A DNA stretch of 64,000 bases from Candidatus Omnitrophota bacterium (GTDB lineage: Bacteria > Omnitrophota > Gorgyraeia > Gygaellales > Profunditerraquicolaceae). The translations under genes and the position numbers were made by a program. Location of the stretch: positions 5,257 to 69,256 of the forward strand of contig WOZK01000010.1 of assembly GCA_011620275.1 (NCBI GenBank). The letters are read 5' to 3'. This document shows positions 1-8,606 of the stretch, piece by piece. The stretch's first letter is position 1. Each line of letters begins with the position of its first letter. Below the pieces are notes generated by a model that had not been told where the DNA came from, did not search any database, and saw only the letters and a list, made by a program, of their open reading frames with translations.

Positions 1-957
1 GGCGTCGGCGTAGTGCTTCTATTCTGGACGGTAATCAAAGTGCTGGGCAATATCGAAAGCTCATTCAACGATATCTGGGGGATAAAACGCATGCGCAGTA
101 TCAGCCGCAGATTTACCGATTATCTCTCGGTGATGCTGATCTGCCCGATTCTGCTCATCGCCAGCGGCAGCGCGACTATCTACATTACAGCGCAGGCAAA
201 GATGATCACCGAAAGGGTCGCTCTTTTGGGCGCGCTCAGCCCGTTGATAGGGGTGCTGCCTTATATAATGATTTGGTTCCTGTTTATATTCATTTATATT
301 TTTATACCCAACACCAAAGTCAACGTTTCTTCCGCCGTCCTCGGCGGCATAACCGCCGGTACGCTCTATCAGGTATCCCAGTGGATATACCTGCGTTTTC
401 AGGTGGGGGTGATGCAATACAACGCCATTTACGGTAGTTTTGCCGCTTTGCCTTTATTCTTATTATGGTTGCAGTTAAGTTGGCGGATTGTGCTTTTAGG
501 GGCGGAGATCTCTTTCGCGCACCAGAACGTGGATACTTATGAATTCGAGCCTGATTGTTTAAACGCCAGCCATACCTTTAAGAGGATGTTGAGTTTAAGG
601 CTGGTGAACCTCGCGGTAAAGAATTTCTCCGGAGCAAACAAACCCTTTACCGCGCAGAAGATATCGCACGAGCTGGGCGTGCCTATACGTTTAGTGCGGG
701 ATATCATCTTTGAATTGAACGAAGTGGGGATCCTTTCGACGGTCAGGGATGATGAACAGTGCGCCCCGGCCTACCAGCCGGCTGTCGATACCGGACTGCT
801 CACTATCAAATACGTCACGGATAAGCTGGATAACCGCGGGAGCGACGCGCTGCCGGTCACAAAGACAAAAGAGTTGGAGAGAATCAGGGAGAGTTTGCGT
901 AGTTTTGAAAAGTTGATCGAGGGGTCTCCGGCGAACCTTCCTTTGAAAGAGATATAG
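1..957 (+). CDS. YihY/BrkB-family inner-membrane protein, 5' partial. The frame is open from position 1, so the N-terminal ~100 aa lie off-window. It has a ~100-aa C-terminal soluble extension.
   Basis: Motifs typical of YihY (ribonuclease BN-like) membrane proteins: FAALPLFLLWLQLSWRIVLLGAEISFA, and a WGIKRMRSISRRF segment. No stop upstream in frame to the window edge. Confidence 0.6.
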   Translation, partial: GVGVVLLFWTVIKVLGNIESSFNDIWGIKRMRSISRRFTDYLSVMLICPILLIASGSATIYITAQAKMITERVALLGALSPLIGVLPYIMIWFLFIFIYIFIPNTKVNVSSAVLGGITAGTLYQVSQWIYLRFQVGVMQYNAIYGSFAALPLFLLWLQLSWRIVLLGAEISFAHQNVDTYEFEPDCLNASHTFKRMLSLRLVNLAVKNFSGANKPFTAQKISHELGVPIRLVRDIIFELNEVGILSTVRDDEQCAPAYQPAVDTGLLTIKYVTDKLDNRGSDALPVTKTKELERIRESLRSFEKLIEGSPANLPLKEI

Positions 958-996
958 CGAAAAGAAGAGTGGTTATCCGCAAAGCGGGAGGACAAA

Positions 997-2658
997 ATGA
1001 AAATACCGTTCACAAGGATAGGACGCATAGCGCTTAGAATCCTTATCGGTATCCTGCTTTTTTTCTTCTTTGTCATCTACATAGTTATTCCGCTGGGCGC
1101 TCCGTGGTTTATCCGAAGCCAGGGTTCAAAGATTCTGTCTCATCCGGTCAAGGTGCGTTCGGTCTGGGTGAATCCTTTCTTGCTGCGGTTAAGCGTGGAC
1201 AAGTTCAAGATCCTGACCCCGGATAAAAAAGGCACTCTGACAGGTTTCGACAAATTTTGGGTTGATTTTAGTTTCCTGGGATTATGCAAGAAAGAGTACC
1301 GGATCGAGTCCATCGGTTTGTCCGGGTTGGTCGTCAATGTAGAGCTATTGCCGGGCAACAAGATAAACCTGATGAATCTGCTGCCGGCCTCCAGCTATGC
1401 CGCGGCGGTAGAGAAAAAGCCGGCTATAAACAAGCAGGAAGGACAGGCTCCGCGGGAAAAAGCACTTTTAGCGCCCGTATTACCGAATATCAGGATCGAC
1501 AGTATCAAGCTGACCGGCGGCACTGTGACTTTCACCGACCGGACCTTAACTCCGCAATTCAGCAGCACGTTTAACGATCTAACGCTTACCATATGCGGTA
1601 TTTCAAGTAAACCGGAGGATACCACAACCGCGGTATTCTCCGTCAAGATAGACGATAAAGGAGTGATCAACGCCGAAGCCGAATTCAAACCTTTTGTGCA
1701 GCCCATAGAATTGAATTCGACCTTTTCAATGGATGGGTATCATCTTGACGTATTGACGCCCTATGTGGGTAAATACGCCGGTCATGGCGTAAAAAGCGGC
1801 AGAATGGGCCTGAAAATGGATTACAAGATATCGGATAACAAGCTTAATGCCTGGCATAAGCTGCTCATTCAGAACTTCGATTTCGGCGAGAAGGTGGAGA
1901 GTAAAGACGCATTGAACCTGCCCTTTGGCTTGGCCATAGCTCTTCTTGAGGACCCGCAAGGCCGCATTTCGATCTCTCTCCCGGTTAAAGGCGATATGAG
2001 CGATCCTCAATTCGAATACTGGCATCTTGTCGGGCAAGTCGTCACGAATTTCTTTATGAAGCTGGTAACTTCGCCGTTCTTGTCGCTGTTGTCCATGACG
2101 GGTATTGAAAGCGGGGCCGAGGAGATGAGCTCGGTCTCTTTTGAGCCCGGCAAGGCGGAGTTGACCGACAAAACCAAAGAGAAACTCACGCTTCTGCTGC
2201 AGGTGATAAAAGAGCGGCCTAAACTTTTCCTGGAGATCAACGGAAGTTATGATCCCAAAACAGACTGGGCCGCGATCAGAGCCGAGGCTTACACAACCGA
2301 ATTTTCCGGCAGGCAGAAGGAAAGCAGCCGCAGCGATTGGAAAATCATTAAAGATATATATGTTCTGGATTTCGGGATCTTGGATTTCTGGAAACTGGCC
2401 AAAAAGTTCACTGTCGGCAAAAAGATCGATGAGCTTGCGATGCAGCAGGAGATGAAACGTCTGATCATAGAGCGGGGAAAAAATGACAATGCCGCGCTTG
2501 AAATATTGGCTGATCAGCGGGCCCGGGCAGTATATGATTTTATCATCTCCGGAGGATTCGACTCAAGCCGGGTTAAGGTCGGAGCTGTGCGCCAGACACA
2601 GGAAACTATGGGCCTGATACCACTTGAATTTACCATAACGGTGTTTGAGGCAAAGTGA
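997..2658 (+). CDS. DUF748/AsmA-like domain protein with an N-terminal membrane anchor
   Basis: 553 aa with a single N-terminal TM helix (LRILIGILLFFFFVIYIVIPL) and a long periplasmic beta-rich region whose repeat architecture resembles AsmA/DUF748 proteins. The family call is from memory and unverified. Confidence 0.4.
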   Translation: MKIPFTRIGRIALRILIGILLFFFFVIYIVIPLGAPWFIRSQGSKILSHPVKVRSVWVNPFLLRLSVDKFKILTPDKKGTLTGFDKFWVDFSFLGLCKKEYRIESIGLSGLVVNVELLPGNKINLMNLLPASSYAAAVEKKPAINKQEGQAPREKALLAPVLPNIRIDSIKLTGGTVTFTDRTLTPQFSSTFNDLTLTICGISSKPEDTTTAVFSVKIDDKGVINAEAEFKPFVQPIELNSTFSMDGYHLDVLTPYVGKYAGHGVKSGRMGLKMDYKISDNKLNAWHKLLIQNFDFGEKVESKDALNLPFGLAIALLEDPQGRISISLPVKGDMSDPQFEYWHLVGQVVTNFFMKLVTSPFLSLLSMTGIESGAEEMSSVSFEPGKAELTDKTKEKLTLLLQVIKERPKLFLEINGSYDPKTDWAAIRAEAYTTEFSGRQKESSRSDWKIIKDIYVLDFGILDFWKLAKKFTVGKKIDELAMQQEMKRLIIERGKNDNAALEILADQRARAVYDFIISGGFDSSRVKVGAVRQTQETMGLIPLEFTITVFEAK

Positions 2659-2769
2659 CAGTTACAAAAGTAGCTATTACTTTAAACTTTACTACGGTAC
2701 GCAATGAATGAACCATATAACATAGCTGTTTCGGCCTTAGCTTCGGAGAAAGCGGATGGCAAACATAGG

Positions 2770-3235
2770 GTTATGATCATTGAATGACGGGATAAATGCC
2801 GTTGATCTGTTTAAAGCACCCCCTTGAAAGCGAAGGTTATCAGGTGCTGGCTTTATATTGAACGCCAAGGAGATCATTCCCGAGGTCCATCGTTTCCTGC
2901 CCGACATAATAATCCTGGATCTGCTGATGTCGGAATTAGCAGTCTGCTGAAAAAGTTCCACACGTAGTCATTCTGAGGCCGCAGGCCGAAGAATCTCATC
3001 GCGAGATGAGATTCTTCGCTGTGCTCAGGATGACAAATCAGGGTTTTTAGCAGACTGTTAGGCGGGTGGGGTGCCTGCGAAATGTTGGACAAGGATCCCG
3101 TCGGCCAAAGCACGCCGATCATCGTAGTGAACGGTTTGAATAAGGATATCGACAAGAAGAAGGCTTATGTAATGGGGATACAGGAGTCCTTCGCAAAACC
3201 CGTGGATATTTAGGCCCTGTTGCAAGCGATACGGA
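2770..3235 (+). pseudogene. Decayed response-regulator receiver-domain gene with multiple frameshifts and stops, interrupted by a palindromic element
   Basis: Receiver-domain peptide fragments in three frames: ...VMIIE.DGINAVDLFKAPLESEGYQVLAL..., ...AKEIIPEVHRFLPDIIILDLLMSE..., GISSLLKKFHT. After the inserted element comes ...DPVGQSTPIIVVNGLNKDIDKKKAYVMGIQESFAKPVDI(stop)ALLQAIRKY. There is no intact ORF. Confidence 0.6.
2967..3034. repeat. 68-bp palindromic element (GTCATTCTGAGG...CCTCAGGATGAC ends) inserted within the receiver-gene remnant. Its core is a perfect 30-bp palindrome at 2988..3017: GAAGAATCTCATC-GCGA-GATGAGATTCTTC.
   Basis: The perfect inverted repeat is read directly. Its translation gives the ...RDEILRCAQDDK... 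type peptide typical of spurious ORFs over palindromic elements. It splits the N-terminal and C-terminal halves of the receiver remnant. Confidence 0.6.
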
Positions 3236-3447
3236 AGTATACAAAGGAAAAAGAAGAAGATGGATAGCAGGCATAAACCATATTTCCCGCGGCCGGCCCA
3301 GCCCGGGAGTTTCATTAGTGTTGACTTCGCCGCGCGAAGATGTAAAATATCCCCTGGATTATCCGGAGACAGGCGGCTATCGGAAGGAAGAATTTGGATT
3401 GTTCGTACGGTATCCGGCGCCGGTAATTCTTGCGGACGGAGCGCGTT

Positions 3448-3816
3448 ATGAGAAAGATAAATTGCGATAAATGCAGTAAACCGAGCGCCTGCTGCAGCTT
3501 CGGGGCCTGGGTTGACCTGGAAGAAGCGAAAAGGATTGCCGCCCTGGGGCTGGAAGGCGAGTTTTACCATCTCGAAGTGGATAAGGATTTTCCTTCCGGG
3601 TACAGAGTGGGGACGAGTTATGGCAACAGCCCGTGTACCTTCCTTACCCCGAGAGGGTTGTGCTCCATTCATATGATAGATTACAAATTCAAGCCTTCCC
3701 ACTGCAAAGAATTCCCTTATGAGAACAAGAAACTCTCGCCGTTCGCCAGGCATCTTTGCCTTCAGGCCGGGCTTAAGAAGAAAAAGAAGAAAGTATCCCG
3801 CGTAGGCAAACATTGA
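3448..3816 (+). CDS. YkgJ-family (CxxCx(n)CC zinc/iron-chelating domain) protein
   Basis: CDKCSKPSACC motif near the N-terminus and a PCTFLTPRGLCSIH second motif, as in the YkgJ/PF03692 family. A GGAG lies 7 nt upstream of the ATG at 3448. The tracked ORF starts at 3430. Confidence 0.55.
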   Translation: MRKINCDKCSKPSACCSFGAWVDLEEAKRIAALGLEGEFYHLEVDKDFPSGYRVGTSYGNSPCTFLTPRGLCSIHMIDYKFKPSHCKEFPYENKKLSPFARHLCLQAGLKKKKKKVSRVGKH

Positions 3817-3822
3817 CCCGGC

Positions 3823-4533
3823 ATGAATCTTATCTCTTACGGTTTCCAGGACTCCAACCTTTTGCGGCATATGCCGCATTTCGAAGAGATATCTTACGCC
3901 GGCCACAATGAGGACAAGGTCCGCCTTTACAAAGCCCTTCACGAAGGACAGCCTTGCAGTATCCTTTCGCTGAATTTCATCCGCGGGGATGAAAAGATTC
4001 TCTGGGATGCGATAGAGGATTTCGTGAAGCGCGGCACGGCAAACGCCGCTTCCTCGGCCCGAGGCATATATATCTTCGACCTGCTTACCATAGATATACA
4101 TAAGGAAATAAAGACTTTTAATCAAGCCGAGCTCTCGGCTGTGATCGTTAACATCGCCCGGAAGATGTCTCCCGGAGAGATGAAGATGGTTAAATATTCC
4201 TCGCTTTACGCGTTGCTGCGAAAAACCGCCGACTACGACTGGGGAAAGATTACCTTCAAAAGCACGGTCAACGTGTTCAAGGATAAACCACAGTATTTGG
4301 ACCTGCTCATTAAGCAGCTTTTAAAAGATTATATATTCCCCCGAGAGCCGGTTATACTCCTGCTGAACGACATCAGCCAGAATCCGGTATTCGACCCCGG
4401 GAACGCGGCTCAACAGGAGAGACTGAAAAAGGTGATAACCGGTCTTGTCCCGAATTCGATGGAGTTTGTCCCGGAGGTCTATGTTCAGGATAAAAATGGG
4501 GCAAGAGAGCTTCTTTCAGGGTGTAATCTATGA
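3823..4533 (+). CDS. Hypothetical protein (236 aa), no recognised domain
   Basis: Clean ORF whose stop overlaps the start of the downstream S4-domain gene (ATGA overlap). Non-repetitive composition. The antisense 355-aa ORF at 3058..4125 is low-complexity and was rejected. Confidence 0.5.
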   Translation: MNLISYGFQDSNLLRHMPHFEEISYAGHNEDKVRLYKALHEGQPCSILSLNFIRGDEKILWDAIEDFVKRGTANAASSARGIYIFDLLTIDIHKEIKTFNQAELSAVIVNIARKMSPGEMKMVKYSSLYALLRKTADYDWGKITFKSTVNVFKDKPQYLDLLIKQLLKDYIFPREPVILLLNDISQNPVFDPGNAAQQERLKKVITGLVPNSMEFVPEVYVQDKNGARELLSGCNL

Positions 4534-4754
4534 CGGCAATGGGAGGTCCGGTGTATCTCGAGCTTAAGGGAGAATATATCGAACTGGACAATCTTTTGAA
4601 GAACGCCGGTATCGCCTCAAGCGGCGGCGAGGCCGGACAGTCTATTCGCTCCGGCTCGGTGAAGGTCAACGGAGAAACGGAAACGCGCGTCCGCCGCAAA
4701 CTGCGCCGGGGTGATAGCGTGGAGTCAGGCGGCCTACGGATAAATATCGTATAG
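4530..4754 (+). CDS. RNA-binding S4-domain protein (YbcJ-like)
   Basis: 74 aa ending in ...GSVKVNGETETRVRRKLRRGDSVE..., the small S4 fold of YbcJ-type ribosome-associated proteins. Confidence 0.7.
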   Translation: MTAMGGPVYLELKGEYIELDNLLKNAGIASSGGEAGQSIRSGSVKVNGETETRVRRKLRRGDSVESGGLRINIV

Positions 4755-4888
4755 CAGCAGCGCTTTCATAAAACGCAGCAGGAGGAGGCGCGGGCGTAAC
4801 CGGGAAATCGCGAAAAAATAGTTACCAAAACGGCGTTTTTCTTACTTGTAATAGTGTAAGGCACATCGGCGTGTAGGAATCAAACATA

Positions 4889-4918
4889 GGCGTTCTGCAG
4901 ACAGAACGCCGTTTTTTT
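4889..4918 (+). terminator. Rho-independent terminator after the S4-domain gene
   Basis: GGCGTTCTG-CAGA-CAGAACGCC, a 9-bp perfect stem, followed by TTTTTTT. Confidence 0.7.
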
Positions 4919-4987
4919 ACAGACGCGGGCGTCTTTTTAATCCAGGATGGATTATAAAGGCGTTTTTTTATTTAAAAAGGAGGGAGT

Positions 4988-6346
4988 ATGCGTAAAATCG
5001 TTTTACTGCTGTTGGCGGCAATGCTGGGGGAGACTGCTTTGTGTTTCGCCCAGGACCCGGCCGGGGCGGCCACTCTGGCAGCCAATGCTTCCGCGCCGAT
5101 CGATTATGTCTGGGTGCTTATTTGCGGTTTCCTTGTTTTTTTCATGCAGGCGGGATTTGCCATGGTGGAAACGGGTTTTTGCCGCGCCAAGAATGCCACC
5201 AACCTGATGGCCAAGAACACCATAGATTTCGTGGTGGCGTCTTTGGTCTTCATGGTTTTCGGTTTCGCTTTTATGATGGGGACGGATTTTAAAGGATTGA
5301 TAGGTATATCGGGCTGGTTCCTGCGTGGAGACAACTATGACGTTGGCAGGTACCTGTTGTTTTTCTGGCAGTTGGTTTTTGCCGGCACAGCCGCTACTAT
5401 CGTCTCTGGGGCGGTCGCGGAAAGGCTCAAATTCAAAGCTTATTTCCTTTACAGCCTCGCGGTCACCGCTATTATCTATCCTATATACGGGCATTGGGTC
5501 TGGGGAGGCGGCTGGCTTTCCAAGCTTCCTTTCGGAGCCGGGCACGTTGATTTCGCCGGTTCAGGCGTGGTGCATACCATAGGCGGTTTCGTGGGATTGG
5601 CCGGTACAATAGTGCTTGGCCCGCGTTTCGGCAAGTTCGGTAAGGACGGCAAGCCTAAAGCGATCCCCGGGCACAGCATTGTCCTGGCCACGCTGGGGAC
5701 TTTCATTCTCTGGTTCGGGTGGTTCGGTTTTAACCCCGGTTCGACTTTCTCGGCGCACCAGTTGAGGATAGCGGTGATCGCGGTGAATACCAACCTGGCC
5801 GCGGCCGCGGGCGCGGCGGTGGCGATATTGCTGGTTTTCGCCAAGACCAAGAAATGGGACGTCGGTATGATGTTAAACGGCTGTCTCGCCGGTCTGGTGG
5901 CGGTAACTGCTCCCTGCGCCTGGATCGAGGCATGGGCGGCCGTGGTCATCGGGGCGGTAGCCGGATTGCTCGTTGTATTGAGCATTTATTTCTGGGAGAA
6001 CGTTGGAGTTGATGACCCGGTAGGCGCGGTGAGCGTTCACGGTATAAACGGCATCTGGGGGCTTTTGAGCGTCGGCCTCTTCGCCGACGGCACTTACGGC
6101 CTCTGCACCAGCGAAGCGCCTCTGGTCAAAGGGCTTTTCTACGGCGGCGGCGCCGGACAATTGGCCGCCCAGGCGATAGGGGCGGCGGTCTGCGCCTGCT
6201 GGGCGTTCGGCCTCGGTTTCATAGTGTTCAAACTTATGGATAAATACTTCGGGATCAGGGTATCTCCTCATGAGGAGATTAAAGGCCTTGATCTGCAGGA
6301 ACACGGTACGCCTGCATACCCGAATTTTTACACCTTCAACAACTAA
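4988..6346 (+). CDS. amtB: Ammonium transporter (Amt family)
   Basis: 452 aa with a signal peptide and 11-12 TM helices. Amt-family blocks include DYVWVLICGFLVFFMQAGFAMVETGF and GAVAERLKF... RBS AAAGGAGGG precedes the start. A GlnK gene follows immediately. Confidence 0.93.
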   Translation: MRKIVLLLLAAMLGETALCFAQDPAGAATLAANASAPIDYVWVLICGFLVFFMQAGFAMVETGFCRAKNATNLMAKNTIDFVVASLVFMVFGFAFMMGTDFKGLIGISGWFLRGDNYDVGRYLLFFWQLVFAGTAATIVSGAVAERLKFKAYFLYSLAVTAIIYPIYGHWVWGGGWLSKLPFGAGHVDFAGSGVVHTIGGFVGLAGTIVLGPRFGKFGKDGKPKAIPGHSIVLATLGTFILWFGWFGFNPGSTFSAHQLRIAVIAVNTNLAAAAGAAVAILLVFAKTKKWDVGMMLNGCLAGLVAVTAPCAWIEAWAAVVIGAVAGLLVVLSIYFWENVGVDDPVGAVSVHGINGIWGLLSVGLFADGTYGLCTSEAPLVKGLFYGGGAGQLAAQAIGAAVCACWAFGLGFIVFKLMDKYFGIRVSPHEEIKGLDLQEHGTPAYPNFYTFNN

Positions 6347-6421
6347 AATGTTATTCGCGCCCTCCGTCAGCGTCCGGTTCCGGGCGCGGGCAGGGGGACT
6401 CCATAAGGAGGATATGACAAG

Positions 6422-6760
6422 ATGAAGAAAATAGAAGCTGTAATAAGAGTAGAGAAGCTGGATGAGATGACGGAGGCCCTTGAAAAATACGGCTGTCCGG
6501 GTATGATGGTAACTCATATCGAAGGGCACGGCCGCCAGAAAGGGATAACAGAGCAGTTCAGGGGCAGGGAATTCAAGCTCAATTTCATTCCCAAGGTGAA
6601 GATAGAGATAGTGCTTAAGGACTCGCAAGTGGATAGTATCCTGAAATTGATTACCGGTATAGCCAGGACCGGAGAGATCGGCGACGGAAAAATATTCGTC
6701 TGTCCCGTCGAAGACGCGGTCAGGATACGCACCGAGGAGAAAGGCGAGAGCGCGATTTGA
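6422..6760 (+). CDS. glnK: P-II nitrogen regulatory protein (GlnK/GlnB)
   Basis: 112 aa, aligns along its whole length to E. coli GlnB (MKKI.A.I......GRQKG.TE..RG.E....F.PKVKIEIV..D...GDGKIFV). Linked to amt. Position 51 is Phe rather than Tyr. Confidence 0.93.
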   Translation: MKKIEAVIRVEKLDEMTEALEKYGCPGMMVTHIEGHGRQKGITEQFRGREFKLNFIPKVKIEIVLKDSQVDSILKLITGIARTGEIGDGKIFVCPVEDAVRIRTEEKGESAI

Positions 6761-6816
6761 ACGTTGTATCCGGTGCCAGTGCGGGCAGCGAAGCGCGCGC
6801 AGCGGAGTAGCCGGCT

Positions 6817-6845
6817 AAAGGCGTCTCTTAAGGGACGCCTTTTCC
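6817..6845 (+). terminator. Hairpin plus short T-run after glnK (weak intrinsic terminator)
   Basis: AAAGGCGTC-TCTTAAG-GGACGCCTTTT. Confidence 0.4.
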
Positions 6846-7089
6846 GTATAAAGCAGGCGCGCCCAGCCCGGCGCGCACTTAGAATCCCACCCCCCTGTTC
6901 CTTCCGCGGGCGGCAGTCTGTTTTTTTCTTGTCCTTCTCCCATAAAAGCCTATAATAAAATCCGAACCGGTGCTCGCCCGTTTTCTAAGCGCCGTTTGTT
7001 CCCGCGCGAGGATGCTTTTTTTGTTTTTGCGGCGTATTGCGCGAATAGTCCTGCGCGTAGAACCGGGGATATTCCACCCGGAGAGAATT

Positions 7090-8151
7090 ATGAAAAGCGA
7101 CGTCTATTTTGTCAGGCTGGATTCCACCGATATTGAAATGCGTGTGGTAGCGTTGAAGAGGCTACTGAAGGCCGTGGATCCTTTCGTAGTTTACTCCCAA
7201 AACGAGATGGTTCCGGTTAAGCTCACGGTGGGCGATTATATGTCGGCCTATCATCTCGATCCCGAACTTGTGAAACAGGCGGCCGGCTGGCTGAAGGGAA
7301 AGAAGACCAGGCCGTTCCTCTTCGATACCTCCGTGATTTACAATGGGCAGAGACAGAACGCGGTGGACCATATGAACCTGGCGCAAAGCAAAGGTTTCGG
7401 CCATGACAGGACCGGGGCCCCATTCATCGTCGCCGATGGAGTGCTGGGGCAGGACGGCCGGGAGTATTCTATCGGTTCTCCGGAGATAAAACAAATAAAG
7501 GTCCCGTCTTTCGTCGGGATGCTGGACAGCCTGCTGGTTCTTTCTCATCCTACCGGGCACGTCGTTACCCAGTACGCCGGCGCGTTGAAGAATGTGGCGA
7601 TGGGGATGGTTTGCCGGCCTACCAAGCAGGTGCAGCATTCTTCTCTTAAACCGGCGGCGGTAGCAAAAAAATGCACCGGCTGCGGGTGCTGTGAAAGGAT
7701 ATGTCCGGCGGGGGCGGTATCTTTCAGGGGAGGAAAAGCCTTCATCGATAAGGAGCGCTGTCTTGGCTGTGGCGAATGTCTCTGCGCTTGCAAATTCGGC
7801 GCAATTTTCATCAACTGGGAGGAGGAGCCGTTAGTTCTCTGCAGGCGCATGGTGCACGTGGCGAAATTCATCCTTTCCCGTTTCAAGAACGTTTTCTTTA
7901 TCAATTTCGCTTTCGGTGTCACCAGGGACTGTGACTGTATCTCCGATAAGGACGACGTTATGTTAGCCGGAGACATCGGTATTTTGGCTTCTCGGGACAT
8001 CGTGAGCGTGGACAGGGCGACGCTGGACCAGATCGCCGCGCACAAGAAAGCGGCGTTAACGGGCAGACGCGGGGAATTGGCTTCGCGGATGTTAGAGTTT
8101 GCCGCGGAGAACGGACTGGGTAATTCGGAATATAATCTCATAGAATTATGA
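7090..8151 (+). CDS. DUF362-domain protein with two 4Fe-4S ferredoxin motifs
   Basis: CTGCGCCERICPAG and CLGCGECLCACKFGA (two CxxCxxCxxxCP clusters) inside a DUF362-like fold. GGAGAG RBS sits 6 nt before the ATG at 7090. The tracked ORF starts at 6970 and is probably over-extended. Confidence 0.7.
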   Translation: MKSDVYFVRLDSTDIEMRVVALKRLLKAVDPFVVYSQNEMVPVKLTVGDYMSAYHLDPELVKQAAGWLKGKKTRPFLFDTSVIYNGQRQNAVDHMNLAQSKGFGHDRTGAPFIVADGVLGQDGREYSIGSPEIKQIKVPSFVGMLDSLLVLSHPTGHVVTQYAGALKNVAMGMVCRPTKQVQHSSLKPAAVAKKCTGCGCCERICPAGAVSFRGGKAFIDKERCLGCGECLCACKFGAIFINWEEEPLVLCRRMVHVAKFILSRFKNVFFINFAFGVTRDCDCISDKDDVMLAGDIGILASRDIVSVDRATLDQIAAHKKAALTGRRGELASRMLEFAAENGLGNSEYNLIEL

Positions 8152-8184
8152 ATAACACCTTGCCCTTGTGTGAACCCAATTCCG

Positions 8185-8275
8185 GGGACACGATACTTAA
8201 TTCGATAACGGCTACGGTAAGCAACAGACCCCAACCAATCTTTCTTCCCCTCGATGGGGAGGATGGAGGGGGGAA
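8185..8275. repeat. Dispersed mosaic intergenic repeat. Module X is CCGGGGACACGATACTTAAT and module Y is CCTCCATCCTCCCCATCGAGGGGAAG.
   Basis: The reverse complement matches 52650..52776 and 63520..63636. The X module also occurs at 22519, 39783, 49932(-), 52755(-) and 63615(-). Confidence 0.75.
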
Positions 8276-8606
8276 TGAGTGCGCTGTTTTATAAGTTTTT
8301 TACAGCGCACAGAGCAATCGAAAATCGAGAATCGAAAGGTAGAGAAAAGAAACATTTCGATTACGGTCAAATTTCGGTTTTCGATTTTTAAATACCGACA
8401 GTACTTTGTTAAAAAACGGCTCAATTTAATGGTTTTATCTTCGAGAAGATGCGTTGAACTAACATGAAATCAAAGATAATCAACGCATTGAAATACGCAC
8501 AACGCTTCCAATGACAATGTGTTACAATAAGATGGTTTTTGGAAAGTAAACACAAAGAAATAAATTTTAACAAAGTACTGATACCGATAAGCGATAGACG
8601 AATTAT

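Noticed and set aside
3058-4125. 355-aa minus-strand ORF, and similar long antisense ORFs (5873-6628, 7545-8234, 11059-11748, 22777-23718, 23829-24920, 47492-48190, 52755-53393, 55299-56015, 57597-58223, 60919-62004, 62701-63390)
   Set aside because: Each lies antisense to a plus-strand gene with clear family-level similarity (Amt, Rho, GH1, HK, Pst, PhoU and so on). Their translations are low-complexity and Arg/Pro-rich. Long open antisense frames are expected at this GC content.
4855-4875. Possible sigma54 (-24/-12) promoter upstream of amtB (AAGGCACATCGGCGTG)
   Set aside because: GG and GC elements are not at the required 10-bp spacing (GGCAC-N5-CGTG rather than GG-N10-GC). No NtrC-type enhancer repeats were recognised.
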